Shown piece after piece: positions 29,815-39,821 of a stretch of 64,000 nucleotides of DNA; within the stretch, counting starts at the first letter, position 1; each line of letters opens with the position of its first letter. This DNA comes from an uncultured bacterium (GTDB taxonomy: Bacteria > Verrucomicrobiota > Verrucomicrobiia > Verrucomicrobiales > DEV007), in NCBI GenBank assembly GCA_963977015.1, contig CAXBMO010000010.1:1-64000 (forward strand). Direction: 5' to 3'. The translations under genes were made by a program, and so were the position numbers. The notes beneath the pieces were generated by a model. The model ran no database searches. It worked only from the letters and a program-made list of their open reading frames with translations, and had not been told where the DNA came from.

Positions 29815-31224
29815 ATGAAGCCCCCTTCTTTACCGCCGGAACCCCGGCCAGGTCGTCGTAGTTTTTTACGAAGTGCTGGAAAAGGTTTAGGAGGCATCGC
29901 TCTTTCGGCGATGCTGGGTCAAGACGCAGCGGCTTCTGAGCGCGTCATCCAACGAATCAAGCCCCGGGCCAAGCGGGTCGTCTGGTTGTTCATGCATGGG
30001 GGACCGAGTCACCTCGATTTATGGGATCCCAAGTTTTCCCTCTATCGCTACGAAGGCCAGCCGCTTCCCGATAGTTATGGCCCGGTTGAGACGCGCCGCC
30101 GGGTCGCGAAAAATCCGCTAATGGCGCCGGTGAGACCGTTTCAGCCTCGTGGCGAGTCGGGACTCATGATGAGCGAAATGTTGCCTTCCATGGCTGAAGT
30201 TGCGGATGAGCTGTGTGTCATCAAAAGTTGCCATGGAGACAGCGTTAATCATCCTCAAGCCGTTTATCAGACCAATACCGGTTCGATGCTCATGGGGAAA
30301 CCCAGCCTGGGAAGCTGGCTGAGCTACGGGTTGGGATCTGAAAATGAGAATATGCCGGCTTTCGTGGTGATGCCGGATCCGGGGGCTGGCCCCAAGGGAG
30401 GTCCACCAGCCTGGGGCAACGGATTTCTTCCGGCGACGCATCAAGGCGTCACCATGCGTCCCGGCAATGCCCCGATTCTCAACCTGAATCCTCCGAAAAA
30501 CGTGAGTGAAGATCGGCAGGACGCAACCCTGAGCCTGATTCAGCAGCTCAATCTGGCTCATCTGGAGGAACGGCATTTTGACGACGCGTTGGTCGCGAGA
30601 GTCCGGGCGTATGAAATGGCTCACGGCATGCAAAGCGCCGCTCCGGAGTTGACGGATCTTTCGGACGAAAGCGAGGGGACCAAGCAGGCTTACGGAATCG
30701 ATATCCCATGGTCCAAAGAGTTCGGAACACGATGCCTGCTTGCCCGGCGGATGTTGGAACGTGGCGTTCGTTTTGTTCAGCTTTATTCCGGTGACACGGT
30801 AGGGTGGGATGCGCATTCGGATTTGAAGAAAAACCACAGCCGAATGTGCAAGGCAACTGATCAACCCGTTTCCGCCCTTATTCAGGATTTGCGGCAGCGT
30901 GGACTGTTGGAAGACACGCTCGTCATTTGGGGGGGCGAGTTCGGGCGGATGCCAATGAGTGAAAAACAGACCGGGCGCGATCACAATCCGTGGGGCTACT
31001 CGACAGTTTTGGCCGGCGCTGGCGTCAAAGGTGGATTCTCCTACGGCTCGACCGATGAATTCGGGCTTCGAGCGCAAGAGAATCCGGTTCATGTTCACGA
31101 TCTTCATGCGACGATCCTCCACTTGTTGGGAATCGATCACAAAGAGCTCACGTTTCGTCACAACGGGAAGGACGAACGATTAACAGATATTGCGGGGAAT
31201 GTCGTAACCGGTATTCTAAGCTAA
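29815..31224 (+). CDS. DUF1501 domain protein (Tat-like signal)
   Basis: GRRSFL, FMHGGPSHLDLWDPK, LLARRMLERGVRFVQ, WDAH, GEFGRMP and GRDH motifs. Confidence 0.93.
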   Translation: MKPPSLPPEPRPGRRSFLRSAGKGLGGIALSAMLGQDAAASERVIQRIKPRAKRVVWLFMHGGPSHLDLWDPKFSLYRYEGQPLPDSYGPVETRRRVAKNPLMAPVRPFQPRGESGLMMSEMLPSMAEVADELCVIKSCHGDSVNHPQAVYQTNTGSMLMGKPSLGSWLSYGLGSENENMPAFVVMPDPGAGPKGGPPAWGNGFLPATHQGVTMRPGNAPILNLNPPKNVSEDRQDATLSLIQQLNLAHLEERHFDDALVARVRAYEMAHGMQSAAPELTDLSDESEGTKQAYGIDIPWSKEFGTRCLLARRMLERGVRFVQLYSGDTVGWDAHSDLKKNHSRMCKATDQPVSALIQDLRQRGLLEDTLVIWGGEFGRMPMSEKQTGRDHNPWGYSTVLAGAGVKGGFSYGSTDEFGLRAQENPVHVHDLHATILHLLGIDHKELTFRHNGKDERLTDIAGNVVTGILS

Positions 31225-31233
31225 CAAACGAAG

Positions 31234-33114
31234 ATGACGTTTCGCTTCCTTCCGACAACAATCGTATTTCTGATCGCCATTGGGTTGGGTCAGGTCGGTT
31301 GGGCTGGATCTCCTCCGGAGTCCCAGGTTTCGGAGGCGGATCGGGAGCATTGGTCCTTTAAGGAACTCAAGAGCCCGACGGTTCCGGAGGTTGAAGATGG
31401 CAAGAGTGTTCGGAATCCGATCGATCGATTCATCCTCGCAAAGTTGGAGGCGTCGGGGCTGAAATTGTCACCTCAAGCCGACAATGCGACGCTCGCCAGA
31501 CGCTTGGCTTTCGATCTCACCGGCATGCCGCCAAAGCCTGAGGATCTGGCGGAATTTCTCGCGAATCCCACCGACGAATACTACGAGAGTTATGTCGAGA
31601 CCTTGCTGAGCTCGCCGGCTTATGGTGAGCGCTGGGCACAACATTGGTTGGATTTGGTGCGTTTTGCCGAAACCGACGGATTTGAGCATGACGCGACACG
31701 GGAGAAGGCGTGGTTGTACCGGGACTGGGTGATCGAAGCTCTCAACCGGGATCTGCCGGTCAATGAGTTTGTGACGTTGCAAATCGCCGGTGATGAAGTT
31801 TGTGACGGGGATGACTGGCAGCGCTTGGGAACGGGGTTTCTGGTTGCTGGTCCTGATATGCCGGACCTCAATTCCCAGGACGAACGTCGGCATTTGGTCC
31901 TCAACGAGATCACCTCAACCGTGGGAACGGCATTCCTCGGGTTGACGATGAAGTGTGCGGAATGCCACGATCATCCCTACGATCCGATCAACCAGGCCGC
32001 GTTTTACCGCTTGCGTTCGTTTTTTGATAATGCCGTCCACCCGGAGGGGGGGGCGTCCTTGGGCCACGTGGTTGCCGAAGCCGGCAATCGGCCGCCAAGA
32101 AGCTTCATTTACGACCGCGGAAATTACCGTGAGCCTACGGAGGAAGTCGCACCCTGGTTCCCCAAAGTTGCCAATCCCAAATGGCATCGACCTCCGCCTC
32201 TGCTTGAGACGATGACGCCAACCAGTACCGGCCGACGGACAGCTCTTGCGGCTTGGCTAACTGCTGATGATAACCCCCTCTTTCTACGGTCGATGGTGAA
32301 TCGCATTTGGCAGCATCACTTTCAGCAACCCCTGGCCGGGACTCCCAACGATCTCGGCAGGAATGGAATGGCGCCTTCCCATCCCGAACTCCTTGATTGG
32401 CTGGCCATGGAATTGCCAAAACGGCATTGGAGTTTCAAAGAGATGCACCGGCTCATTGTGACCTCCAGCACTTATCGGCAATCGAGCCTTTCCAATGCGG
32501 GAGAATGGGAGAAGTCGATGGAAATAGATCCTGGGAATGAGCTTTTTTGGAGGTATCCGCGATGGCAGTTGAGCGGCGAAGCCATTCGGGATTCCGTTTT
32601 GGCCATCAGTGGTGATCTCACGGATAAGATTGGAGGAGAAAGTGTTCATCTTCCTCTCCCAATGGAAGTTGAAGTCACACTCCTGAAGAAGCACCGAAGC
32701 GAGCCTTCGAGTGACGAAGATCGGCGTCGCAGGAGCATTTATGTCTTCAATCGTCGCAACTTGGGCCACCCAATGTTTGATGTGTATGGACGCCCTGATC
32801 GCCAAACGAGTTGTGGGATGCGAACGAACGCGACAACTCCCACGCAAGCTTTGACGCAGCTGAATTCGGATTTGATGCGGCAAGCTTCGAGTCGAATTGC
32901 GGAGCAGATTGCAAACGAATTTCAGAACGGAAGTGAAGCGTGGGTGGAGCAAGCATTCCTCCGAATTTTGTCGCGCCCCCCTACCGAGCGAGAAATGCTG
33001 ACATGCCTTGGTTTCTTCACCACGTATGAGCAGCGGACCGGGTCGAATCAGAACCTGTTGACCGATTTCTGCCTGGCGCTTCTCAATTCGAATGCGTTTT
33101 TGTACGTGGAGTAG
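31234..33114 (+). CDS. DUF1549/DUF1553 (PSD) domain protein
   Basis: HWSF, NPIDRFI, YGERWAQHWLD, CAECHDH, VNRIWQHHF, PSHPELLDWLA and TPTQAL motifs. Confidence 0.93.
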   Translation: MTFRFLPTTIVFLIAIGLGQVGWAGSPPESQVSEADREHWSFKELKSPTVPEVEDGKSVRNPIDRFILAKLEASGLKLSPQADNATLARRLAFDLTGMPPKPEDLAEFLANPTDEYYESYVETLLSSPAYGERWAQHWLDLVRFAETDGFEHDATREKAWLYRDWVIEALNRDLPVNEFVTLQIAGDEVCDGDDWQRLGTGFLVAGPDMPDLNSQDERRHLVLNEITSTVGTAFLGLTMKCAECHDHPYDPINQAAFYRLRSFFDNAVHPEGGASLGHVVAEAGNRPPRSFIYDRGNYREPTEEVAPWFPKVANPKWHRPPPLLETMTPTSTGRRTALAAWLTADDNPLFLRSMVNRIWQHHFQQPLAGTPNDLGRNGMAPSHPELLDWLAMELPKRHWSFKEMHRLIVTSSTYRQSSLSNAGEWEKSMEIDPGNELFWRYPRWQLSGEAIRDSVLAISGDLTDKIGGESVHLPLPMEVEVTLLKKHRSEPSSDEDRRRRSIYVFNRRNLGHPMFDVYGRPDRQTSCGMRTNATTPTQALTQLNSDLMRQASSRIAEQIANEFQNGSEAWVEQAFLRILSRPPTEREMLTCLGFFTTYEQRTGSNQNLLTDFCLALLNSNAFLYVE

Positions 33115-33189
33115 CTTCGGCGAGTTTGAGCGAATGATTGAGGCGAATTTGTATAGCGTTTGATCTTCGTTTTCGCTAGGCTCACCCCA

Positions 33190-33900
33190 ATGAGAAAGAT
33201 CATTTTCGCGTTATTCCTGATAGTTTCTGAATCGTCATTTGCAGAGGAAGAAATGCCGGTTGTTTTCGAGGACAACTTTCAGAGTGGGATGCAATCCTGG
33301 TTTCCGAGTGACAATGATCGTTGGATAATCACCAAGACGGAAGATCGAGGCAATGTTCTGCATCTGTTGGGCAAAAGTCGCTACCAACCTCCGCATCGAA
33401 GCCCCCACAGCATTGTCCTGCTGAAGGAACAGGTGCTTGGCGATTTTGTGCTGACCGCGAAAGTCAAGACCCTGCAAACGACACGGGGGCATCGCGACAT
33501 GTGTGTGTTCTTCGGCTATCAGGATCCTGCTCATTTTTACTATGTGCACTTGGGCGAAAAACCGGATCCCCACTCAAGCCAGATTTTCATCGTCAATAAC
33601 GCTCCGCGAACCAAGATCACGGAAACGCCGGATGTCGGAGTGGCCTGGAGTGATGGTGACTGGCATGATGTCAAGGTCGTCCGGAGAGCTGCCGAGGGAC
33701 TGATTGAAGTTTACTTTGATGATATGGAAACGCCTCAGAAAGTCGCGCATGATAAAACGTTTCAGTGGGGGATGATCGGATTGGGCTCGTTCGATGACTT
33801 GGGACAATGGGATGATGTTGTGATTCGCGGCGTCAAGGTGAACGAGGGCGCAACGTTGTTCGAAGCGGTGACCAATGAGAAGGACAAGGTCAAATCGTGA
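33190..33900 (+). CDS. Exported beta-sandwich protein (DUF1080/concanavalin-like)
   Basis: Signal peptide, GDFVLTAKVK, WHDVKVVR and GMIGLGSFDD...DDVVIRG motifs. Confidence 0.7.
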   Translation: MRKIIFALFLIVSESSFAEEEMPVVFEDNFQSGMQSWFPSDNDRWIITKTEDRGNVLHLLGKSRYQPPHRSPHSIVLLKEQVLGDFVLTAKVKTLQTTRGHRDMCVFFGYQDPAHFYYVHLGEKPDPHSSQIFIVNNAPRTKITETPDVGVAWSDGDWHDVKVVRRAAEGLIEVYFDDMETPQKVAHDKTFQWGMIGLGSFDDLGQWDDVVIRGVKVNEGATLFEAVTNEKDKVKS

Positions 33901-33995
33901 TGCGCGGATGTTTCGTCGCCCGTGTCGTCTCGGAGAGTTGAGCTGACCGGGAAGTCATCGGTTAATGTCGTATCAACTTGAAAATTCACCCCAAT

Positions 33996-34934
33996 ATGAA
34001 ACTTCAATCCCTGTTGTTCATTTCTCTGATTCTTCTGAATCCTGCGTTTGCGCAGAATGAGGTTCGGACGTGGACCTCTGCGGATGGTCGATCGTTTGAC
34101 GGAACCCTGCGAGAAGTTACCGAGAGAGGCGCCACAATTCGAAGAGTCGATGGACGGCAGTTCACGGTTCCTGCCGCGAGTCTTTCCGCCCAAGACCAAA
34201 CGTTTCTGCGAGAGTTTCTTGAAAACAAAGCCAGGGCGGTGGGCTTTCAAGAAGGGCCGTATGCCGACGCAATTCAGGGAGAGTGGCAGAAGTTCCCGAA
34301 AGAACACCTGGGAATGGTGTTCCAGATTTATGGAACTGAGAAACTGAGGCGGCAGGAGGGAGAGGTCCCGCTCTTTGTTCATCTGCATGGTGCGGGGGCG
34401 CGAGCGGATGATGTTGAGGCCGGGAAGGTCGAAATTGCCGCTCAACGGTTGGTCGCATCAGACTTATATCAGAAGGATCCTTGTCTGCTTCTGGTTCCCT
34501 TGTGTCCGCCCGACGTTTCCTGGGGTCAACAACTGAAGCCGTTGGAGGCCGTCATTGATGATTTGGTCAGGAAACTGCCCATTGATCGAGACCGGATTTA
34601 TCTTTCCGGATATTCGATGGGCGCGCGAGGGATCGGCTCCCTGCTAGAGTCGCGTCCGGCATACTATGCGGCAGCCATGTTTGCGGACGGACAAGCCAAA
34701 CCAGAGTGGGCTGAGACCGTGGAAGCTGCGATATGGCTGTGGTTTTCTGGAGAACGCGATATGGCTGGTGCAGAAGCAACGGCGAATGCGTTTCTAAAGG
34801 CGGAAAAAATGGCTCACTACGAAGGATTTCCGGAGCTAACTCACAACCAAATTCATTGGAAGTTGGCCCACGATGAAGAAGTCTTCGATTGGATGTTTGA
34901 GCGTCGACGTGGAGAAAATAAAAAAGCGGACTAG
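33996..34934 (+). CDS. Exported SHD1-like domain plus alpha/beta-hydrolase
   Basis: RTWTSADGRSFDG...LSAQDQTFL (SHD1-like), HLHGAG, and RIYLSGYSMGA (GxSxG). Confidence 0.85.
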   Translation: MKLQSLLFISLILLNPAFAQNEVRTWTSADGRSFDGTLREVTERGATIRRVDGRQFTVPAASLSAQDQTFLREFLENKARAVGFQEGPYADAIQGEWQKFPKEHLGMVFQIYGTEKLRRQEGEVPLFVHLHGAGARADDVEAGKVEIAAQRLVASDLYQKDPCLLLVPLCPPDVSWGQQLKPLEAVIDDLVRKLPIDRDRIYLSGYSMGARGIGSLLESRPAYYAAAMFADGQAKPEWAETVEAAIWLWFSGERDMAGAEATANAFLKAEKMAHYEGFPELTHNQIHWKLAHDEEVFDWMFERRRGENKKAD

Positions 34935-35109
34935 CCCGCTTTTCCCACGAACCGCGTCGCGAGGTGCAGGCAAATGGCATTCCTGGAAGGCGCGCGAAGG
35001 ATTTTGGGATGAGCGCTATGCTGACATACCGTGAATCCCGAAATTCGAGCGGAACGCAGCAAGAATGCCATTGGGCAAGCCGCAGCAGCGGGCTCGGCAG
35101 AAATGCGGG
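34935..35109. mobile_element. 175-bp palindromic MITE-like element flanked by CTAG on both sides
   Basis: CTAG at 34931-34934 and 35110-35113. Terminal inverted repeats cccgcttttc/gaaatgcggg. Internal inverted repeats 34973-34982/35063-35072 (10/10) and 34999-35010/35035-35046. Central tatg-ctga-cata hairpin. Confidence 0.75.
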
Positions 35110-36078
35110 CTAGGAATACGCAGCCAGAAATCCGCATTCCAGGGCGAGCCCTTCGCTCACATTGGTGTTGAGATCGGAGCGCAGGTTTTCGAGGACCGTC
35201 AGACGGTTTAACAATTCCGCCTCCGTGGTTTGCTGAGCTGCATTCTCAACCGCATTGCGGAACTCCGGGAGATCCAAGTGATCGGAATTGCGCTGCAGTC
35301 GCAGGGCGTCTCCATACCAGTCGATCAGAATTTGAATAAAGGTATTGCGACGTTGGAGGTAATCGCTTTCGACCAGTGACTTGTAGTGTTCTTCGCGGCG
35401 TTTGAGCCAATCCCCCTCCGTCGTCTTGGAATACGCTGAGGTTTCGCTTCTCAAATCGGCTTCGTATCGCTTCTTCAGTTCCTCTTTCTCGTTTTTTAAG
35501 ATTGAAGTGAAGGCCTGCATGAAACCGAGGGCGCCGGCGAGGCCTTTTGAGCGATCTGCCTGAAAGTGTTGGGACAGCGCTTCCAACAACATGGTTTCCC
35601 CCTTGCTCCGGATCGGCAATTCATTGGAGTGGAGGGGGATCTTGATGCAACGAGACAGGATCGTCTCGAGCAATTGTTCCGGCTGAGAGGAAACCAGCAA
35701 GAGGAGGGATTGTGGCGGTGGTTCCTCCAGGGTTTTCAGAAAGGCGTTGGCCGCTTCGGGCATCAGCCGTTCCGCATCCAGAATGATACCGACCTTGGTT
35801 TCCGCGCGGGGCGCAGCCAAATGCATCCGTTTTTCCAGAGCGCGCATCGCATCGACCTTAATTCGTCGGGACTTTGACTCCGGCCGAACGATTTGGACGA
35901 AATCACCAGCTGCATCGTCAAGGGTCGTTGCCTCGTGGCCCACCATCCGGAGAAGGCGCAGTGTCATCTCGGTCTTCCCACTGCCTTTGCCGCCTGTGAT
36001 GAGATAGGCGTGAGCCAGCCGACCCTCTTGATGGGATCGCTCGAGGAGTGAAGTGGCGTCGTTAAGAAGAAAAGCCAT
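35110..36078 (-). CDS. holB: DNA polymerase III subunit delta'
   Basis: GRLAHAYLITGGKGSGK, AANAFLKTLEEPP and LETILSRC motifs; lies downstream of tmk. Confidence 0.92.
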   Translation of the reverse strand: MAFLLNDATSLLERSHQEGRLAHAYLITGGKGSGKTEMTLRLLRMVGHEATTLDDAAGDFVQIVRPESKSRRIKVDAMRALEKRMHLAAPRAETKVGIILDAERLMPEAANAFLKTLEEPPPQSLLLLVSSQPEQLLETILSRCIKIPLHSNELPIRSKGETMLLEALSQHFQADRSKGLAGALGFMQAFTSILKNEKEELKKRYEADLRSETSAYSKTTEGDWLKRREEHYKSLVESDYLQRRNTFIQILIDWYGDALRLQRNSDHLDLPEFRNAVENAAQQTTEAELLNRLTVLENLRSDLNTNVSEGLALECGFLAAYS

Positions 36079-36721
36079 CGAATCGGGAGTTGATGTGTTG
36101 CCAGATTTCCGAGTTGATTGAATCCACGGAGTTGGAGGCGTCGATGACAACAAAGCGCTCCTTTTGTTCGTTGGCTAGTTTGAGGTATCCGTTCCGAACT
36201 CTTTCGTAAAAACTCAGCTGTTCTTTCTCCATGCGGTCAACCTGATCCTGGAAGAGGTCTGCCTGTGTTTGTTGGCGAGCCCGATCCAACGCTGTTTTTG
36301 CATCCATATCCAACAAAATGGTGAGATCCGGCATGCACTCACCAACCGCCAGTGAATTGATGGAACGAATCAGATCCATGTCGAGGCCGCGCCCAATGCC
36401 CTGATAGACAACCGTAGAGTCGAGGAACCTGTCCGCCAGAATGTGCGTTCCGCTCTCCAACCATGGAATCAATACCTCGCGGACCAATTGCGCCCGGCTT
36501 GCGGCAAAGAGCAGTAACTCCGCCTCGGGAACCATGTTCTCGCCTTCCGGCGCAAACTTCAGCAAGTGACGGATGGATTCACTTAGAGGCGTTCCGCCAG
36601 GTTCTCTGGTGAGAGAGCAAGGGAAACCGTTATCCACGATCTGATTGTGAAGGAGTTGGATTTGAGTGGATTTACCACAACCTTCAGAACCTTCAAAGCT
36701 AATAAAAAGTCCACGCGACAT
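36062..36721 (-). CDS. tmk: Thymidylate kinase
   Basis: FISFEGSEGCGKSTQ, TREPGGT and DRFLDSTVVYQG motifs. Confidence 0.96.
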   Translation of the reverse strand: MSRGLFISFEGSEGCGKSTQIQLLHNQIVDNGFPCSLTREPGGTPLSESIRHLLKFAPEGENMVPEAELLLFAASRAQLVREVLIPWLESGTHILADRFLDSTVVYQGIGRGLDMDLIRSINSLAVGECMPDLTILLDMDAKTALDRARQQTQADLFQDQVDRMEKEQLSFYERVRNGYLKLANEQKERFVVIDASNSVDSINSEIWQHINSRFDGFSS

Positions 36722-36937
36722 GCCAAAAATGATTGGATCGATCAAAACCGCAGTTCGTCAAAAACTTAAACCAAAGGATTTTCTTGAATTGTGCGGATTG
36801 ATCGCTGGTCTATGCTCCAAATTCTAGCTCAGAGCTAGGCATTTACTGGAAAGTCCTATCTATCTGCCAAAAGAGCTTGAATTAATAAGCGAACTTTAAA
36901 TAATGGGCCACATTCGTTGGATCCCGACCTAAATGTG

Positions 36938-38065
36938 ATGAACACTCCCCACAAACTCCTCACGCTACTCACCGCTGCCACATTCCTGGCGACGGCAAAT
37001 TCCTACGCCATCCTTGGCATCCTCAAAGATGACAAAATGCAGGAAGTGCCCGATTCGGCTGAGTTGGCCAAACAAGAAGCTGCTGCATTAAAAGCCTACG
37101 AAAGTGCCCAAAAAGCGCAGAGCGACGGCAAGCTGGGGAGGGCGAAGGACATTTATGAAGATGTCGTCGAAGACTATCCGCTGACTTCGTTTGCTCCCAA
37201 AGCTCAGTTTGAAATTGGAGCGATTTACGAGAAGGAAGGCCGCGAAGATCGGGCGTTCGATTCCTATCAGGATTTGATCAATCGATACACTGGCAGTGAT
37301 CTCTTTGGGGAAGCGGTCAGACGCCAGTTCGAAATCACCAACCGCTCGATGAACACGAAAACGAGTCGTGTGATAGGTCTGATTCCTTCGAAAGCGCAAC
37401 CTTCACGGGTTATTGAAATGTTTCGTCAGATTGCAGACAATGCTCCCTACAGCAAATATGCGCCTCTCGCGATTTACCAAATTGGCGTGATCAATCGAAA
37501 AATTGGGAAAGAGCCGGAATCCATTTTGGCGTTTGAAGAAGTCGTGGAGAGCTATCCGGATGATCCAAAGGCGAAGGAAGCGAGCCTGCAAATCATTGAA
37601 GTTCGAGGAGACCGTGACACGCGGGATGGACGGCAGTTGGAGCGCTATCAGGATGAAGTCGCTGTCTTCATTGAGAACAACGAAGAGGATCCCAGAAGCG
37701 AGGAATTGCGGGCAGAGCTTGGCAAACTGCAAGACCGGGAGGCTGAGAAAAAGTTCAATATCGGGCGATACTACGAGAAAAAAGGAAATATGAGGGCGGC
37801 TGCGATCTACTATCAGGACGTTCTGTCCGGGACACCGGTTTACGGTGCCGCTCAGGATCGGCTTAAGGTGTTGAGCGCGCAGGATCCCAACGTGGTGTTG
37901 CCACCTCGGGCAACCAAGCAAAAAGTTGTGGCGCCGAGCAATGTGAAAGATCGCCCGGATTACTATGGCCCTCCGCCACCAAAACCGCCAAAGTTGGAAG
38001 CGGCTCCCAAGCCTCAGATGCGGGTTCCGGAAGACGATGTCCTTCCGATTCCGTCAGCATCCTGA
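36938..38065 (+). CDS. bamD: Outer membrane protein assembly factor BamD-like TPR protein
   Basis: TPR repeats, AEKKFNIGRYYEKKG...AAAIYY, a Pro-rich tail, and position upstream of lptE. Confidence 0.8.
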   Translation: MNTPHKLLTLLTAATFLATANSYAILGILKDDKMQEVPDSAELAKQEAAALKAYESAQKAQSDGKLGRAKDIYEDVVEDYPLTSFAPKAQFEIGAIYEKEGREDRAFDSYQDLINRYTGSDLFGEAVRRQFEITNRSMNTKTSRVIGLIPSKAQPSRVIEMFRQIADNAPYSKYAPLAIYQIGVINRKIGKEPESILAFEEVVESYPDDPKAKEASLQIIEVRGDRDTRDGRQLERYQDEVAVFIENNEEDPRSEELRAELGKLQDREAEKKFNIGRYYEKKGNMRAAAIYYQDVLSGTPVYGAAQDRLKVLSAQDPNVVLPPRATKQKVVAPSNVKDRPDYYGPPPPKPPKLEAAPKPQMRVPEDDVLPIPSAS

Positions 38066-38152
38066 CATTGACGCCAGCATTTTTTGACAAAGTGTTGGAA
38101 GCTGCCGCGTTCTCAGCCTAAACAGAGCGACGTCTTTTAGATTCGACTTACC

Positions 38153-38740
38153 ATGAAATCGCGCACGATTCTTCCTTCGTTTCTCAGCTTGGCTGCACTA
38201 TCACTGATTTTGAGTGGTTGTGCAGGCTACCAATTGGGCCCCCAGAAGCCTGTTGAATACGCTGATATCAGCAAGCTTTACGTTCCCACGTTTTCGAACG
38301 AGACCTTGGAACCACGCCTTGCGACGATCGTAACCAACTCGGTGATCAGCTTGTTGCAGCAGGACGGTACCTACGAGATTACGACCAAAGAAAAGGCAGA
38401 CGCGGAATTGACCGGAAGGATTCGGCGCATCGAGAAGCAGCAGCAACGGTCTGCCAACAACCAACTTCTCCGGACTCGGGAACTTCTTCTCCAATTGGAA
38501 GTTGCTTTCGATTTGCAAGACCTTCGGACGGGAGAAAAGATCAAGCGCGCCAACCCTTTTGGGGTTGATGCAGACGATCGGGACATTGTCACCGGGCGAC
38601 GCCGGGCCAGCAACCGGGTTGTCGGAAGCACATCACTGTTCTTGGATCCCAACTTTCAACTTTCGGAACGCGAAGCGCTTCCTCTGGCGGCAGAGGATGC
38701 GGCGGAGCAACTAGTCAGTGCGATTACGGAGGGCTGGTAA
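38153..38740 (+). CDS. lptE: LptE family LPS-assembly lipoprotein
   Basis: Lipobox LSGCAGYQLG, YVPTFSNETLEP and ADAELTGRI motifs. Confidence 0.85.
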   Translation: MKSRTILPSFLSLAALSLILSGCAGYQLGPQKPVEYADISKLYVPTFSNETLEPRLATIVTNSVISLLQQDGTYEITTKEKADAELTGRIRRIEKQQQRSANNQLLRTRELLLQLEVAFDLQDLRTGEKIKRANPFGVDADDRDIVTGRRRASNRVVGSTSLFLDPNFQLSEREALPLAAEDAAEQLVSAITEGW

Positions 38741-38783
38741 CGTTTTCTGGTCACTCCATTATCGGTTGGAGCCTCGTGCTTGG

Positions 38784-38982
38784 GAGCGTTTGAAAATGAG
38801 GTCGAGACGCGCTGCTGCGAGTGATTTTGTCGACTGCGAATTGGCCGGGGCGGCGATGAGCCTTCTCACAAAGCCCCGCACAGCATTGCCAGTCGGAAAA
38901 AGCGCAGCATCTCAAGATCATGCGAAGCCAATCTTCAAAAACGAGGAACAACTTGCGCGGCCGTCGTCATTTTAAAACGCTG
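38784..38982. mobile_element. 199-bp MITE-like element with terminal inverted repeats and 5-bp flanking direct repeat
   Basis: agcgtttgaaaatga (38785-38799) versus tcattttaaaacgct (38967-38981), 14/15. CTTGG lies at both 38779-38783 and 38983-38987. Confidence 0.65.
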
Positions 38983-38996
38983 CTTGGTCTTTTTGG

Positions 38997-39746
38997 ATGA
39001 GTGAGGCCCAAGCTGAAGGAGCGGTTCAAGATCTCCCACCTGGCGTCTACATCGTCGCTGGGCCGATTGGTAATTTGGGTGATATCACGATTCGCGCCTT
39101 GGATTGCCTTCGAATGGTTGATCGAATCGCCTGCGAAGATACCCGCCATACTTCGCGCCTCCTGGCGAGATACGACATCAAGAAGCCCTTGTTGAGCCTC
39201 CATGCGCACAATGAGGCGCAGCGGACAGCAGAATTGATCACGAGAGTTCGTGAGGAAGGGGAGAGGATCGCCTATGTCAGTGACGCGGGAACGCCCGGAG
39301 TATCTGATCCGGGGGAACGGTTGGTTCATCGGTGTATTGAGGCTGGTGTTCCCTACGACGTGTTGCCCGGGCCTTCTGCCGTGGTCACGGCCGTGGTTGG
39401 TGCCGGGCTTGGGGCGACCCCGTTTTTCTTTGGTGGCTTTTTACCGACGAAAAAGGGGCAAAGGAGAACACAGCTGCTCGCCGCGTTGGAACGCGATTGT
39501 ACGACAGTCTTCTATGAATCGCCCCACCGGCTGGTCTCCACTCTGGAAATATTGTGCGAGTTGTCACCCGAACGACTGATCACGGTGGCGAGAGAATTGA
39601 CCAAGCGTTTCCAAGAGTATCGGCGCACAACTTCCCAAGAAGCCTTGGCCCACTATCAGGAACGCCCTCCCAAGGGGGAGATTTGTCTGGTGGTTTCTCC
39701 TGAAAAACTGCCGAAATGGCTCAAGCTTGGCGATGTTGAGAGTTGA
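38997..39746 (+). CDS. rsmI: 16S rRNA (cytidine1402-2'-O)-methyltransferase
   Basis: GPIGNLGDITIRAL, ACEDTR, VSDAGTPGVSDPG, YESPHRL and ARELTK motifs. Confidence 0.96.
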   Translation: MSEAQAEGAVQDLPPGVYIVAGPIGNLGDITIRALDCLRMVDRIACEDTRHTSRLLARYDIKKPLLSLHAHNEAQRTAELITRVREEGERIAYVSDAGTPGVSDPGERLVHRCIEAGVPYDVLPGPSAVVTAVVGAGLGATPFFFGGFLPTKKGQRRTQLLAALERDCTTVFYESPHRLVSTLEILCELSPERLITVARELTKRFQEYRRTTSQEALAHYQERPPKGEICLVVSPEKLPKWLKLGDVES

Positions 39747-39821
39747 CCGGGGCTGCTTCCAATCTCAAAGGTGGAACGTCTCCAGTCCCGCACCTCTCGA
39801 ATTTTCTCCTCCCTGTAAGAA

